Shown in pieces: positions 1 to 13,964 of a stretch of DNA of 64,000 bases. Every line of letters begins with the position of its first letter. Within the stretch, counting starts at the first letter, position 1. The notes beneath the pieces are model-generated. The model made no database searches and was not told the origin of the DNA. It worked only from the letters and a program-made list of their open reading frames with translations. Both the position numbers and the translations under genes were made by a program. Origin of the DNA: Octopus bimaculoides (Eukaryota); NCBI RefSeq assembly GCF_001194135.2, contig NC_068998.1, positions 5,767,183-5,831,182 of the forward strand, read 5' to 3'.

Positions 1-55
<55 letters not shown>

Positions 56-355
56 TATATACATATATATTTATATATACACACATCTGTGTATATGCAT
101 ACATGAGTATACATGTATGTGTGTTTGTGTGTCAAACACAATGTTGTATTTGTGAGCATTTTGATATTAAGTTGTCCTAAACATTGAAATATGAGAGACT
201 GGCCAAAACACCACCATTTCATGTGTATAACATATACTGCAAGACAGGATTATTAATATTATACCATCAATCTGTCATTCTCTCCTCCACACCTCTAAAC
301 AGTAAGTATATTGAATGATTGGAGACAAAGGGCCCACTGTTTCACAAGCCTTTGT

Positions 356-391
<36 letters not shown>

Positions 392-665
392 TGAGTATTA
401 CTAGTGGTGAACCACAGAGCAAAAGTATGAGCAATAAGGATATGAACAGCTTCTGTATTTTACTTGTTTCAGTCATTCGACTGTGCCCATGCTGGAACAC
501 CACCTTCATGAATTTTTGTTTGAGCAAATTGACTCCAGTACTTGTTTTGTTTTGTTTTTTACCTTGCTATTTACTCTGTTGGTCTCTTTTGCCAAGCAGC
601 TAAGTTACAGGGATGTAAATGTGCCAACACCAGCTGTCAAGCAGTGGTGAAGAGCAAACACACAG

Positions 666-721
<56 letters not shown>

Positions 722-1434
722 CTTAACGTAGTTCTCGGGGAGATTCAGCGTGACACAGAGTGTAACAAGGCTGGCCCCCTTTGAAATATAGGTATAACCG
801 AACAGAAACAGGAAGAAAGTGTGAGAGAAAGTTGTGGTGAAAGAGTACAGCAGGTTCGCTACCACCCCTGCTGGAGCCTTGTGGAGCTTTAGGTGTTTTC
901 GTTCAATAAACACTCATAAGGCCTGGTTTGGGAATCGAAACTGCAATCCCATGACCGCGAGTCCGCTGCCCTAACCATTGGGCCATTGCACCTCCACAAC
1001 TCTAGACGTAGTCTTAAATCAAATACATTTGATCGATTTAACATTCACCCTTCCTTGGGTATTCTTTTATCAACTTTATTTATTTTTTTACTGGATGTTT
1101 TGTATTTTCAAATTTTTATTTGTTTTTTGTTATTTTTGTCAGCTGTTTTAAAGCATATTCTTAATCCATTAGTTGTTAATCTATGTCACCAGAACATTCG
1201 GAGGGTGTCAAGTGTGTTTTTTTCTTTTGTTTTTTTTTTGTTTTGTTTCTCTTTCCTGTATTGATTTCCAGCACTTACATGTATCGAAATGTGTCAAATG
1301 TTACAGTTATAGACTTGAAAATGCTTATGCATATTTAAGGGTATCAAATGCTATGATGTATTGATTTGTGCGTTAGGTACTCCAGCTTATACTAAATGTG
1401 TTAAGAGGGGTGCTTGCAGTCTGTGAAACAACAC

Positions 1435-1473
<39 letters not shown>

Positions 1474-1608
1474 CAGTAACAGCACAACAAAAGAAAAACT
1501 TAATTTTAGTTTCTTGATAACCACAAGGTCACAGGCGTGTAACAAGAACAACAACATTTTGAACGAATCAATCCCTCTTATGTGAAAAGTGCGTAGGTGT
1601 GACAATCC

Positions 1609-2150
1609 TTAACCCTTTGGCATTCAGATTATTCTGTTACATGTAATGCTTAGAATCAAACTCGGAATCTTAGGGTTAGTAGCCCGCGCTCTTGACCACT
1701 ATGCCATATGCTGTGGGCAGTTAAGGAAGTATTGATAAATCGGGTATAGCTGACCATGTATGGCAAAATGGAGACCACCTCCCTCTGTGGGACGAAGTTA
1801 AAATAATAGACAGAGAACACCACTGGAAAATATGAAAACTAAAAGAAGCAGCACATATGCTAGGACACAACAACCTCCTAAGGAGACCTAATGCAGATAT
1901 GAATAGCATATGGGAACCGGTATTAAGGAAGGATAGGAGAATATTAGATTTATAAGCCCTAAAATTTACTCCATAATTACCCACGGACATATGGCGTAGT
2001 GGTTAAGAGTGCGGCCTACTAACCCCAAGATTCTGAGTTTGATTCCAAGCAGTGACATGAATAATAATAATAATGTAATGCTTATTTATTAATATTGGTT
2101 TGAATTAATCATGCATTATTTTGTAGTTTCGAAATTTTGATGATGTGGGT
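1609..2150 (+). mobile_element. piggyBac-like MITE family member (TTAA-CCCTTT terminus) interrupted by the PLE insertion; related copies about 25755-25980 (+) and 27845-27975 (-)
   Basis: Joining 1609-1652 to 2085-2150 restores a sequence aligning by eye to 25755-25860 (cattcagattattct...tgtaatgcttattt...aattaatcatgca). Confidence 0.55.
1653..2072 (+). mobile_element. 5'-truncated Penelope-like retroelement: GIY-YIG endonuclease C-terminus + tRNA-like 3' segment + (AAT)n, with an inverted 5' copy of the tRNA-like segment
   Basis: 1731-1955 translates IDKSGIADHVWQNGDHLPLWDEVKIIDREHHWKI*KLKEAAHMLGHNNLLRRPNADMNSIWEPVLR (PLE endonuclease tail, recalled pattern). Inverted repeats 1653-1710/1988-2045 match at 52/58. 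Direct repeat ATGTAATGCTTA at 1641-1652 and 2073-2084. Confidence 0.75.
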
Positions 2151-3256
2151 TTTTTTTTTTTTTTTGTAGTTTCAGCACTGAGCTGCGGCCATACTGATGA
2201 AACGCTGTTGAACACTGGGGCTGGTGTTATAGACTTATCCCCACCCCGGAAATTACTGGCCTTGTGTTATTGTTGTTGTTGTTGTTGTTTATGAAGACTT
2301 GATTTAAGGTCTATATTTAGAATCTCGTATTTTATGGTAACTGCGTGGGAAACTTTGGATTTTATTTTACGTATTAATTGATGGAAGCAACATGTTCTCT
2401 GCAGCATACTGGTGTTCTCGATGCTGAAGTCAAAATCAAATGCCACCAATCTTTACATGTAGAGCAAACAAACCATTTATAGAATTTATTAGAAACAAAT
2501 ACAGTTTGAATTTATGAGGCCTTTAGATAAATAATCCAACCACTGCTGCTGTTTTGTGGCAGATTATGTTACATATATTAATTACCTTAATTATCTAGTT
2601 TGTTCCTAAAAGCAGCAGGATGCTGGACGTGGTAGTGCACCAGACTAGATACCTTACAGTATTTAATTTCATCTTTCTGTATGTTCTGAAGCTAAACTCT
2701 AGCTGTTGTTGTCCACTTTGGCTTTCAACCCTCTGAGGACAATAATAAGTACCAGTAATAGACTAGGGGAGGCAGGGTTATTCGATTGGCTATACTCATC
2801 TTGCCCATTTCAAATTTATAGCATTGTGTTGATAAAAGAAACTGGTTCCAATATTGTTCTTTTCTTTATTTTTCTAGGGTCAGCTGACTTGAAAGTATTT
2901 CTAAGGAGTTAAAAAAGACAATTTACCTCTAACCTGTGGTGTGCCATAAGGTATGTAACTGTTGTTATTTCTGTTCTTGAGTGGAGTTACTCCATTCCAA
3001 ATGGCTTCTAAACATTCTCTGGTTATAAAGATGATGTGATGGCTTAATTGATGTATTAGTTAATGAACAATTGACTGGATGACACCATTGTAAAGCTTGA
3101 TATAAAAAATAGACATAGGAAGGGCAGTGGTAACCATGCCGAGACAGTCAGGGGGCCTGGGCAGCGCTTCAACTAGCTAGCCCCTATCAAACCGTCCAGC
3201 CCATGCCAGCATAGAAAACGTATGTTAAATTATAATGATGAAGATGATGTGTGGTG

Positions 3257-3299
<43 letters not shown>

Positions 3300-3699
3300 G
3301 TGTGTGTCTACAGTTATGTAATAGTGTTAAAATATGAAAAGACACACATCTTCACACACACATGCAAGTACCAAAGCCATATCAACATTACATATAACCA
3401 TACACCATCATCATCACCATCACCACCAGCATCACTTCTTATGGAGAATCGAAATCCATGTTCTCACACCACATTTGCCTACATGTCTTGCTTCTACCAT
3501 TCCATTGCAGATAATTACAATTAAAAATATAAATAAAAGGCCGTAGGAAATGGATTGCATTGGAAATAAATGCAAATCTGTCTGTCGACAATTCTGAAGT
3601 GTTGCTATCATTAGCATGGCTGTCAGTCAGGGCAGATAAGCCAGTGTTAACTCTTTAATCCTATTATGTAGGAAGGAATAAGAAGAGGCGCTTGTACCA

Positions 3700-3760
<61 letters not shown>

Positions 3761-4249
3761 GTATGTATGTATGTATATGGATTTGTGCTGCTGTAATCCA
3801 GCTATTCAGAGGCTTGGTTGGTTCGCTGGTTTGGGAATGTGAGTTCCTGCCAGGGGCTGTGGAGTCGAAACTAGAAACTTCAACTCTGACTCCTGTACCA
3901 TTGGCATCTCCGACTCTCATTCTGACTCTCACTCTGACTCCTCTTTATATGTGATCAAGTGATTGTGGTCTACATATCTCATAAAACATATGCATACGCT
4001 TGTACTTTGAGTAAGCCTATTATATGTTATAACTGGTCTAAGATCTAATAAAGTTCTTTCACTCAAATTGGGGGCTGATCATTTTGAAGGGTTTCTGCTT
4101 GGATTCCCCAGTATTCAGTCTGTCTCACCTGTAGGCTAGTCGGTTACTAGTTTCTCTCATTAGTATTGCTTTGCTGGGTTTTTTTTATTCTATTTTGTTT
4201 TATTTTATGTTCTTTTCATCTAAATATTTTTACCTACGTACATGTGTAT

Positions 4250-4740
4250 GTGTGTAGAGAGAGAGAGAGAGAGTGGATGTTAAATATGTTGATGATGATG
4301 ATATATATATATATATGTGTATATATATGTATAGGAACATGTGTTTATAATGTACAGGTGTGTGTGTGTATATATATGTATGTATATGTATACAGATGTG
4401 TATGTATATATATGTATGTATGTATGTATATATATATACAGGTGTGTATGTATATATATGTATACAGGTGTGTGTGTGTGTGTGTATATATGTATGTATA
4501 TGTATACAGGTGTGTACGTATATGTATGTATGTATATGTAAATGTTTATATATATCTTTGTTTTTAAGTATATTTGCGTGGTTTTTTTCTTTCATTTTTA
4601 GTTTTGTTGCGTTATATTTAGATTATTTTTATCATCACAGCATCATCACCACCATCATCATTATCATCGTCATCATTATTATTATACATGCTCATACTCA
4701 CACAACACACATGTGCTTGCGGTCATGTAAATTCTCTTAT

Positions 4741-4780
<40 letters not shown>

Positions 4781-4836
4781 CTATACAATGTTATGCTTCC
4801 ACGCACACACACACACACATTCATGCATTCTGTTAT

Positions 4837-4870
<34 letters not shown>

Positions 4871-5700
4871 GCACATTATCTTACTTCCACATGCACACAT
4901 ATACATTTTTCTACATGTACACACTCACACTCTATCACTTCGATATGAATGCCTTCTCCCTTCCGTGCACACACACACATGCATGTAATTACAGAAAAAA
5001 TCAAGTCTTTAAAAACACACACACACAGGTATATAAGCACACACACACACATACACACACACAAGCATATATATACATATTTATAAACACAGGCACACAT
5101 GTTATTACAGTAAGAAAACCAAAAGCTCATAAAAGCACACACACGCACACACACACTTACATGCACACACACACACATTAATATACACAGGTAATTGTAA
5201 AAACACACTTGTATATAATTAGAAAAACAGTCCTGCGCATAAACACACGTTACCATACATACATGCACACACACATACGTACGCACACACACATGTATAT
5301 ATAATTATGGAAAACCATGAACGTATACTTACCATACAAACACACACATATAAGCCACTCGTACACAATTACTGTGAATACACACACATGAACTCACGCA
5401 TACACATATTCACAGACTCACACACATTATAAATTCACACACACAGGCATGCACACATAGACACACATCTACTCACAGGTATCCACGTAAACACACACTT
5501 GCACATTGGTGTGCACACACATACACACACCGCCAAAACACATATTACACATGGACCTACACTCATAGACCTGCATTCATATATGCACACACACAGTCCC
5601 ATATACACATCCACGTCCACAGATGAACACACATTCTACAAATACATCCGCACACACTCCTCTCTCTCTCATACACACACACACACACACACACACATAC
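4250..5700. repeat. Extended compound microsatellite field (GA, TA, TG, CAT, CA)
   Basis: Directly visible; source of several spurious ORFs. Confidence 0.9.
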
Positions 5701-6374
5701 GCCCTTCTCTCTCTCTCATACATACATATTCACTCGCACAGCCAAAGATGCGTTCTTGTTTGTTTGTTTTTTTAACCTCCTGCTCCGTTCATAGAATATT
5801 TTTGGTGCCAACACTCGCACACAAAACACAAAAAGTAAATCTATTTACAGTCTGTAATAAATTCTACCAAAATTCTTCCTGTTACTTCTTCCTTGTGTCA
5901 ATCACAATACCACATTCCTATTCTACTTCACAAAAAAAGTCAATACCCATTCTACATCATATTCTACCATTTGTTGTTCTTAATGTCTGTTTTTCATGTT
6001 TTGTTTCGCCTTCTTAACTTTGAGTTCTTCATTCAGTATTTTTTCTGATTTAGTTTTTGTTTTTGTTGGGGTTTTTTTTTTTTTTACCTTTTGGATCCAA
6101 GTTAGCTTACCTTTTATAATTATCGTTACAAATGGTGAGTGTGAAATTCATACTCATCTTTATTCAAATGATGATGCTAGATATCTACCGAAAGATGGAA
6201 TTGATCTTTTCTGCAACTCACAGTGGTTGTGTGGTAAGAAGCTTGCTTCGCAACCACATGGTTCTGGGTTGAGTCACACTGTGTGGCACCCTGGGCAAGT
6301 GTGATCTCTGACAACTATATCTGGCCTATTGGCCTTTATTTTTCTATCTGTTATTATTATTATCATTATTATTA

Positions 6375-6670
6375 TAGAGTGCATGGCCTAGAGGTTAGAG
6401 TGTGGCACTCACAACTGCAAGATCGTGCTTTCAATTCATAGACCGGGTGGTGCATGGTGTTCTTGAGCAAAGCACTTCATCTCACGTTGCTCTACAATCA
6501 CTTTGACACCTGATGCATGGCACACCATGCACCTGTTCAGGTAATGCCGATTTGATGTAGAAGGTGAGCTAATGGGTGACATGAACATTTTGATCACTAT
6601 GAACAAATCATTTGAGTGAGTCATTCAGCAAAAAGCTGAAAGCTCATAAGTTGTCTTTGACGGGAGAGTC
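6375..6670 (+). mobile_element. tRNA-headed SINE-like family E; internally deleted copy about 45075-45255
   Basis: Head gcatggcctagaggttagag...; shared block ctga(t/c)gcatggcacac...gatttg.tagaagg...aacattt.gatc..tat.aacaaatcat. Confidence 0.6.
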
Positions 6671-7340
6671 CATCAATATTATGCCCCCCCCCCGCTACTT
6701 CTACTCATGATCAGAGATCCACATATTGCCAGCCAGCCACCAAGGGACATGCCCAAGTGATTAAGGTCAAACAACTGACAAGTGGGCAATGGGCTGGCCG
6801 AATCGTTTAGCATGTCAGATAATATGCCTAGTGACTTTTCTTTTGGTTCTTTATGTTCCAAGTTCAAATCCTTTGTCTTCCATCCTTTACGGGTCAATAT
6901 GATAGAGTACAAGTCAAATACTGGAGCAGATATAATCATCTTGCCCCTCCCCTCAAAATTGCTAACCTTGTGTTAAAATTACAAAACTAGAAAGAAAAAA
7001 TGGTATTATTATCATTAATTTTTGTGTCTGTTCATAGTTTTCCAGCAGAAACAAAATTACTGAGCAAAACACCTTTCAAAGTTTGAAAATGTGTTTCTGA
7101 CAGGAAACCTTAGGTCCTTGACTCACTCCTATTGTATACTCGGGTAATATCCCCCCCACACACACACACACTCACATGCATGCGTGCACGTATGTCATTT
7201 TATGTGTAGAGTACACCTGCTCTTGTTTGTAAAATCTGACCTAGGACAACATGCAAGAAACACACTGAAATGATTTACATGCGCAGTAAGGTCAAATCCC
7301 TTTGCATAAAAAGCATGTGTACTTGAATGTGAGTGAGTGA

Positions 7341-7375
<35 letters not shown>

Positions 7376-8056
7376 GCAAATAACAAGACAGGTAGAAAAG
7401 TGGGTAGATGAATGGGTGGATGAACGGATGGAGGGGGAGGGGGAGATTGATTGAGTTAGAAGGCAGAGATAGGATGGGGAGAGAAGGGAAGGAAGGAGGT
7501 TCCAAGTGAAAAAAATAAAAGGAAAAACTAATTATATTGAGTTGGTGGTGGTGATGGTGGTTGATTGNNNNNNNNNNTTTTTTTTTTTTGTTCAAGAGCA
7601 GAAACTGGCTGCGTGTAGAAATGTGTGTGAAAGAGAGATTCTTTTTGTTGTTACATATATATATTGTAACAGAGGTGGGGTGAGAAAGAGAGAGAGAGAT
7701 AGCATTGCAATGGTGGTGGTGGTGGTGATGGTGGTTGATTGGTTATGTAAAGAGGAACAGGTAATTTCTTTGCAGAAAAGGAAGTCACCACGGAGGAGGG
7801 AGTAAGGCGAGCATGATCTGCTAGAAATAGCAGTCAGATCCCTCAAACTGATTATTGGGTTACTTGTTCAGGTCTGACCAGGGGTTAAACAACAACAGCA
7901 TCAACGGCGTACCTACCCGTATGCCATTTATTATCTATTATTATCTTCTTTCTCTCACCTGTTTTGTCTATCTACCTGTCCGACTTTCTGCCTACCTGGC
8001 TGTATACTTGCTATATGCAAAAATATATATATGTATGAGTATATATATATGTATGA

Positions 8057-8094
<38 letters not shown>

Positions 8095-9213
8095 NNNNNN
8101 NNNNNNNNNNNNNNNNNNNNNNNNNNNNNNNNNNNNNNNNNNNNNNNNNNNNNNNNNNNNNNNNNNNNNNNNNNNNNNNNNNNNNNNNNNNNNNNNNNNN
8201 NNNNNNNNNNNNNNNNNNNNNNNNNNNNNNNNNNNNNNNNNNNNNNNNNNNNNNNNNNNNNNNNNNNNNNNNNNNNNNNNNNNNNNNNNNNNNNNNNNNN
8301 NNNNNNNNNNNNNNNNNNNNNNNNNNNNNNNNNNNNNNNNNNNNNNNNNNNNNNNNNNNNNNNNNNNNNNNNNNNNNNNNNNNNNNNNNNNNNNNNNNNN
8401 NNNNNNNNNNNNNNNNNNNNNNNNNNNNNNNNNNNNNNNNNNNNNNNNNNNNNNNNNNNNNNNNNNNNNNNNNNNNNNNNNNNNNNNNNNNNNNNNNNNN
8501 NNNNNNNNNNNNNNNNNNNNNNNNNNNNNNNNNNNNNNNNNNNNNNNNNNNNNNNNNNNNNNNNNNNNNNNNNNNNNNNGAGCCTGGATGCAGGTTCGAA
8601 CACACAAATACAACCTGGACTCGAACACACGCACACACATAAGCCTGGGCACAACTTAGTGCACTTGTACCTACACAGACAACAGCTCAGACCCCCCCCC
8701 CAAGCATACGTTACTAACTGATCTAACGTTTATTTATTTAGCCTCTCTCTCTCTCTCTCTCTTTCCCCCTCCATCTCTCATTCTCTGTGCATATGTCTAT
8801 CTGTCTATCTGTCTATCTCTCTCTCTCTCTCTCTCTCTCTCCCTCTCTCAGCCCCTCGCTCTCTTCCTCAACCATTATTACCACCACCACCCTCCACCCT
8901 TGCCACCTCCGTCACAGTAATTGATCTGCTTTCTACCTCATGAGTCTCATTCATTCATTCATTCATTCATTCATTCTTCGCCTTTCTTACTGTCTTTCCA
9001 TCTTCATTTCTTTCCTTTCTCTCTTTCTTCCTCTATTTTCTCGCCTTATTTTCTTCCTTCCTTCCTTTAATTTCTTTCTCTTCTTCCTTTCTCACCTTGT
9101 CTTTCTTCCTCTTTCATTCTTCCTTCATTCCTTTCCTTTACCCTCTTTCTTTCTCTCACGTTTCCTTTCTTTATTTCCTTTCTTGCTTTCTCTTACTTCC
9201 TCACCTCTTCCAC

Positions 9214-9244
<31 letters not shown>

Positions 9245-9827
9245 CCTCTCTCTCTCTCTGCGTCTCTGTCTGTCTGTCTGTCTCTCTCTCTCCCCTCTCT
9301 CCCCCCAAAATAATATACAAGGAGGACATCACTCAAATGGCGAACGCAAACAGGAACCAGGTTGAAAGAAGATCTCTTTAATGTCTACAATTTATGCTGA
9401 CTTCATTCCCCATTCCGAAGAACTACTGCTGCATCACTTCTTCTATTCTGTGTTCACATTAAATGCAATCATTCAATTTCTTGTCATTGGTACTTACTTA
9501 GCTCCGAATAAACCCTGGTTAAACAAATCTATGATCAAAGTGTGTCCCAAATGTGACCATCCTGCCTTTAATTTTTTTTTATCTGACAATGCGTTTATGC
9601 ATTTTAAAATGGTGTGTATGTTATAGCAATACACACACATGCATACATACATACATACATACATACGCAGGCATGGTTGTGTGGTAAGAAGCTTGCTTTC
9701 CAACTACATGATTCCAGGTTCAGTCTCAATGTGTGGCACATTGCCTAAGTGTCTACTGGTATAGTTTCAGGCTTACCCAAGCCTTCTAAGTGGATTCGGT
9801 AGACAGAAACTGAAAGAAGCCCATTAT

Positions 9828-9861
<34 letters not shown>

Positions 9862-10786
9862 TTTTAGCTGTATTTTTAGTTCGGGTGTGTCACCAAATTT
9901 TGAAAAGAATATGAGTGTACCGGAAGTGAAGAAAAGCTTGCGGAGCACTGCTCTACCCCATACAGTTGATGGTGCGTGTGTATGTGGTGGTGGTGGTGGA
10001 GAGGAGAGGCTCTTCTTTGTCTTGCTAGTTGCTTAGCGACCTCACTAGTACCAGTGTCATAAGAAGAAAAAAAAAAAAAAAGCACCCAGTACACTCTGTA
10101 AAGTGGTTGACATTCAGCCATAGAAACCATGCCAAGACAAACATTGGTGCTCAGCACAGTCCTTAGGCTTATCTGATCCTCTGGAACTGTCCAACCCATG
10201 CCAGCATGGAAGATGGATGTCAAATAACAATGATACATACGTATGTATATATANNNNNNNNNNNNNNNNNNNNNNNNNNNNNNNNNNNNNNNNNNNNNNN
10301 NNNNNNNNNNNNNNNNNNNNNNNNNNNNNNNNNNNNNNNNNNNNNNNNNNNNNNNNNNNNNNNNNNNNNNNNNNNNNNNNNNNNNNNNNNNNNNNNNNNN
10401 NNNNNNNNNNNNNNNNNNNNNNNNNNNNNNNNNNNNNNNNNNNNNNNNNNNNNNNNNNNNNNNNNNNNNNNNNNNNNNNNNNNNNNNNNNNNNNNNNNNN
10501 NNNNNNNNNNNNNNNNNNNNNNNNNNNNNNNNNNNNNNNNNNNNNNNNNNNNNNNNNNNNNNNNNNNNNNNNNNNNNNNNNNNNNNNNNNNNNNNNNNNN
10601 NNNNNNNCCTGTATTTCAAAGGGCCAGCCTTGTCACACTGTGTCACGCTGAATATCCCCGAGAACTACGTTAAGGGTACACGTGTCTGTGGAGTGCTCAG
10701 CCACTTGCACGTTAATTTCACGAGCAGGCTGTTCTGTTGGTCGGATCAACTGGAACCCTCCTCATCATAACCTATGGAGTACCACA

Positions 10787-10831
<45 letters not shown>

Positions 10832-11924
10832 TGCATGTAAGCATGCTTATGTGCATACACACACACCCACACAGAAACATTTTAAATGCAGCTTTAAAAT
10901 ATATTTGATAGAATTGTGTCTCTTGGTTTTCAAGCCAAAAGATTGCTTCTCACTTCCATAGAGAAGGACATTAATATCCAAACAGGTTTTCTTTTAAAAT
11001 TCCATTATGTTTTGCAGAGCTGTGACAATCTGTAAGCAGAGCAGTAAGACTGTGCAAGACTTTTCTAAGGTTTAGAATATGACATTGTTTTCGTTGTCTA
11101 CATTCCAAAGAAGGTGCTTTGTATCTTTGTTAGAAACCAACTCCTTCTTCAGAGGAAGAATTTAGATGATTAAATACAGAAGAGGCACACAGACAGACAG
11201 ACTGACAGGCTAATAAGTTCAGTCCTGCTGCAAAGCAACTGGACAGAAAGTTGATTGTGAAGCCCCACATCAACTGACATCTTTTTGATAAAACTGGGTG
11301 GATGAAAACTATACAGACAAAGCCTGTTGTTAGAAACATTCTACCCTGAAGTCAAAAGGTACTGCTGCCTTGTCCTACAATGTCAAACTGATTCTGTCTG
11401 AGAATTCCAGTAAGAGTACATGTATCTGTGGAATCCTCAGGTATTTATATGTTAATTCAGAGACAGGTAACTCTGCTAATAGAACAAATGAATGCACATT
11501 GTTAAATCTGACAAGGAACCACATGCGCGCACACACATATAAATACATACTTGCATTAATATTCAAAACATACGCACACACATAGACGTGTGTGTCTGTA
11601 TGTGTGTGTGTGTGTGTGTGTTCTGCAAGGACAGTATGAACATTATATATATATAAAGACAATCATCATTATCATTTAACGTCCGCTTTCCATGCTAGCA
11701 TGGGTTAGACGATTTGACTGAGGACTGGCAAACCAGAAGGCTGCACCAGGCTCCAATCTGATTTGGCAGAGTTTCTACAGCTGGATGCTCTTCCTAACGC
11801 CAATCACTCCAAGAGTGTAGTGGGTGCTTTTACGTGCCACCGGCACGAGGGCCAGTCACATCGGACTGGCAACAGCCACGCTCAAAAAGGTGTTTTTTAC
11901 GTGCCACTTGCACGGGAGCCAGTC

Positions 11925-12022
11925 CAGCGGCACTGGCAACAACCTCACCCAGCGGCGCTGGCAACGACCTCACCCAGCGGCACTGGCAACGATCTCGCCC
12001 AGCAGCACTGGCAACGACCTCG
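11925..12022. repeat. 25-bp GC-rich minisatellite, about 3.9 copies (CAGCGGCACTGGCAACGACCTCACC), inside a family B element
   Basis: Units start at 11925, 11950, 11975 and 12000. Confidence 0.9.
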
Positions 12023-12518
12023 AATATTTCAGTAAAATTACAATTAATAAAATAAAAAATTACAGTTAATAAAATAGAAATATTATGTAAATACATAAAC
12101 GTTTTCACCTCCCTGTGTATATATTTGTAGTTGTTGAGAGTGCATAACATGAGATGAAATAGAGAATAACAAACTCTGTGTGTGTGTGTGTGTGTGTTTG
12201 TCCCAAGCAACATCACTTGACAACTGATGCTGGTGTGTTTACGTCCCCTGTAACTTAGCAGTTCGGCAAAAGAGACTGATAGAATAAGTGCTAGGCTTAT
12301 AAAGAATAAGTCCTGGGGTCGATTTGCTCGACTAAACACGGTGCTCCAACATGGCCACAGTCAAATGACTGAAACAAGTAAAAGACTATATATATACATA
12401 CACACACACATACATAACTATCTATCTATCTATCTATCTATATATATATATATATATATATATAAATATAAATATATACTAACACGCACATACATATATC
12501 TATGTATGTAATATATAT

Positions 12519-12549
<31 letters not shown>

Positions 12550-12617
12550 CACATACACATACAAANNNNNNNNNNNNNNNNNNNNNNNNNNNNNNNNNNN
12601 NNNNNNNNNNNNNNGTG

Positions 12618-12649
<32 letters not shown>

Positions 12650-13964
12650 TATATATAAATATATCTCCTTGATATTCTTCCTTCCTCCCCACAGCGCTTT
12701 CTGGGCGTTATGTCGATGATACAATAATGAAAATATCATTATTATCACCAATGTTTGGCGTGATAATACCATTATTTCATGTTCTTTGATTCCAATCCTT
12801 CTTTCGCTGTCAGTCTGTTCTTTCCCCTTATCTCTTACCTCTTTTTGTTTTGTTTTGTTTCCTGCTTTTCTTTCTTTTTTTTCTTTGGGTTTTTGTTACT
12901 CCTCATTGGCACCGCTCTCTTTCTCTTTCTTTTCATAATGCTTTCTTTCTTTCTTATCTTTGGTTTTGCCAAAAATGAAAAAGAAATAAATCCAATACAA
13001 AAATAATAATAANNNNNNNNNNNNNNNNNNNNNNNNNNNNNNNNNNNNNNNNNNNNNNNNNNNNNNNNNNNNNNNNNNNNNNNNNNNNNNNNNNNNNNNN
13101 NNNNNNNNNNNNNNNNNNNNNNNNNNNNNNNNNNNNNNNNNNNNNNNNNNNNNNNNNNNNNNNNNNNNNNNNNNNNNNNNNNNNNNNNNNNNNNNNNNNN
13201 NNNNNNNNNNNNNNNNNNNNNNNNNNNNNNNNNNNNNNNNNNNNNNNNNNNNNNNNNNNNNNNNNNNNNNNNNNNNNNNNNNNNNNNNNNNNNNNNNNNN
13301 NNNNNNNNNNNNNNNNNNNNNNNNNNNNNNNNNNNNNNNNNNNNNNNNNNNNNNNNNNNNNNNNNNNNNNNNNNNNNNNNNNNNNNNNNNNNNNNNNNNN
13401 NNNNNNNNNNNNNNNNNNNNNNNNNNNNNNNNNNNNNNNNNNNNNNNNNNNNNNNNNNNNNNNNNNNNNNNNNNNNNNNNNNNNNNNNNNNNNNNNNNNN
13501 NNNNNNNNNNNNNNNNNNNNNNNNNNNNNNNNNNNNNNNNNNNNNNNNNNNNNNNNNNNNNNNNNNNNNNNNNNNNNNNNNNNNNNNNNNNNNNNNNNNN
13601 NNNNNNNNNNNNNNNNNNNNNNNNNNNNNNNNNNNNNNNNNNNNNNNNNNNNNNNNNNNNNNNNNNNNNNNNNNNNNNNNNNNNNNNNNNNNNNNNNNNN
13701 NNNNNNNNNNNNNNNNNNNNNNNNNNNNNNNNNNNNNNNNNNNNNNNNNNNNNNNNNNNNNNNNNNNNNNNNNNNNNNNNNNNNNNNNNNNNNNNNNNNN
13801 NNNNNNNNNNNNNNNNNNNNNNNNNNNNNNNNNNNNNNNNNNNNNNNNNNNNNNNNNNNNNNNNNNNNNNNNNNNNNNNNNNNNNNNNNNNNNNNNNNNN
13901 NNNNNNNNNNNNNNNNNNNNNNNNNNNNNNNNNNNAAAACATTTGACAATACGAGCCGCCCACA

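Noticed and set aside
1833-1835. In-frame TGA in the PLE endonuclease as possible selenocysteine
   Set aside because: It falls at the usual Arg of the R...E motif, so CGA>TGA decay is simpler; no SECIS was seen.
1988-2060. tRNA gene (also the SINE heads at 6375, 23200-23271, 33120, 35089)
   Set aside because: No complete cloverleaf or acceptor stem; each is embedded in a repeat body.
9498-9581. Minus-strand exon candidate (AGWSHLGHTLIIDLFNQGLFGAK)
   Set aside because: The sequence matches a dispersed repeat also seen near 7880 and 53290.
11000-11560. Unique-looking block with several splice-like sites
   Set aside because: All frames close quickly and no homology is recognisable.
11925-12022. 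CRISPR-like array
   Set aside because: Units are contiguous with no unique spacers, the context is eukaryotic, and there are no cas genes.
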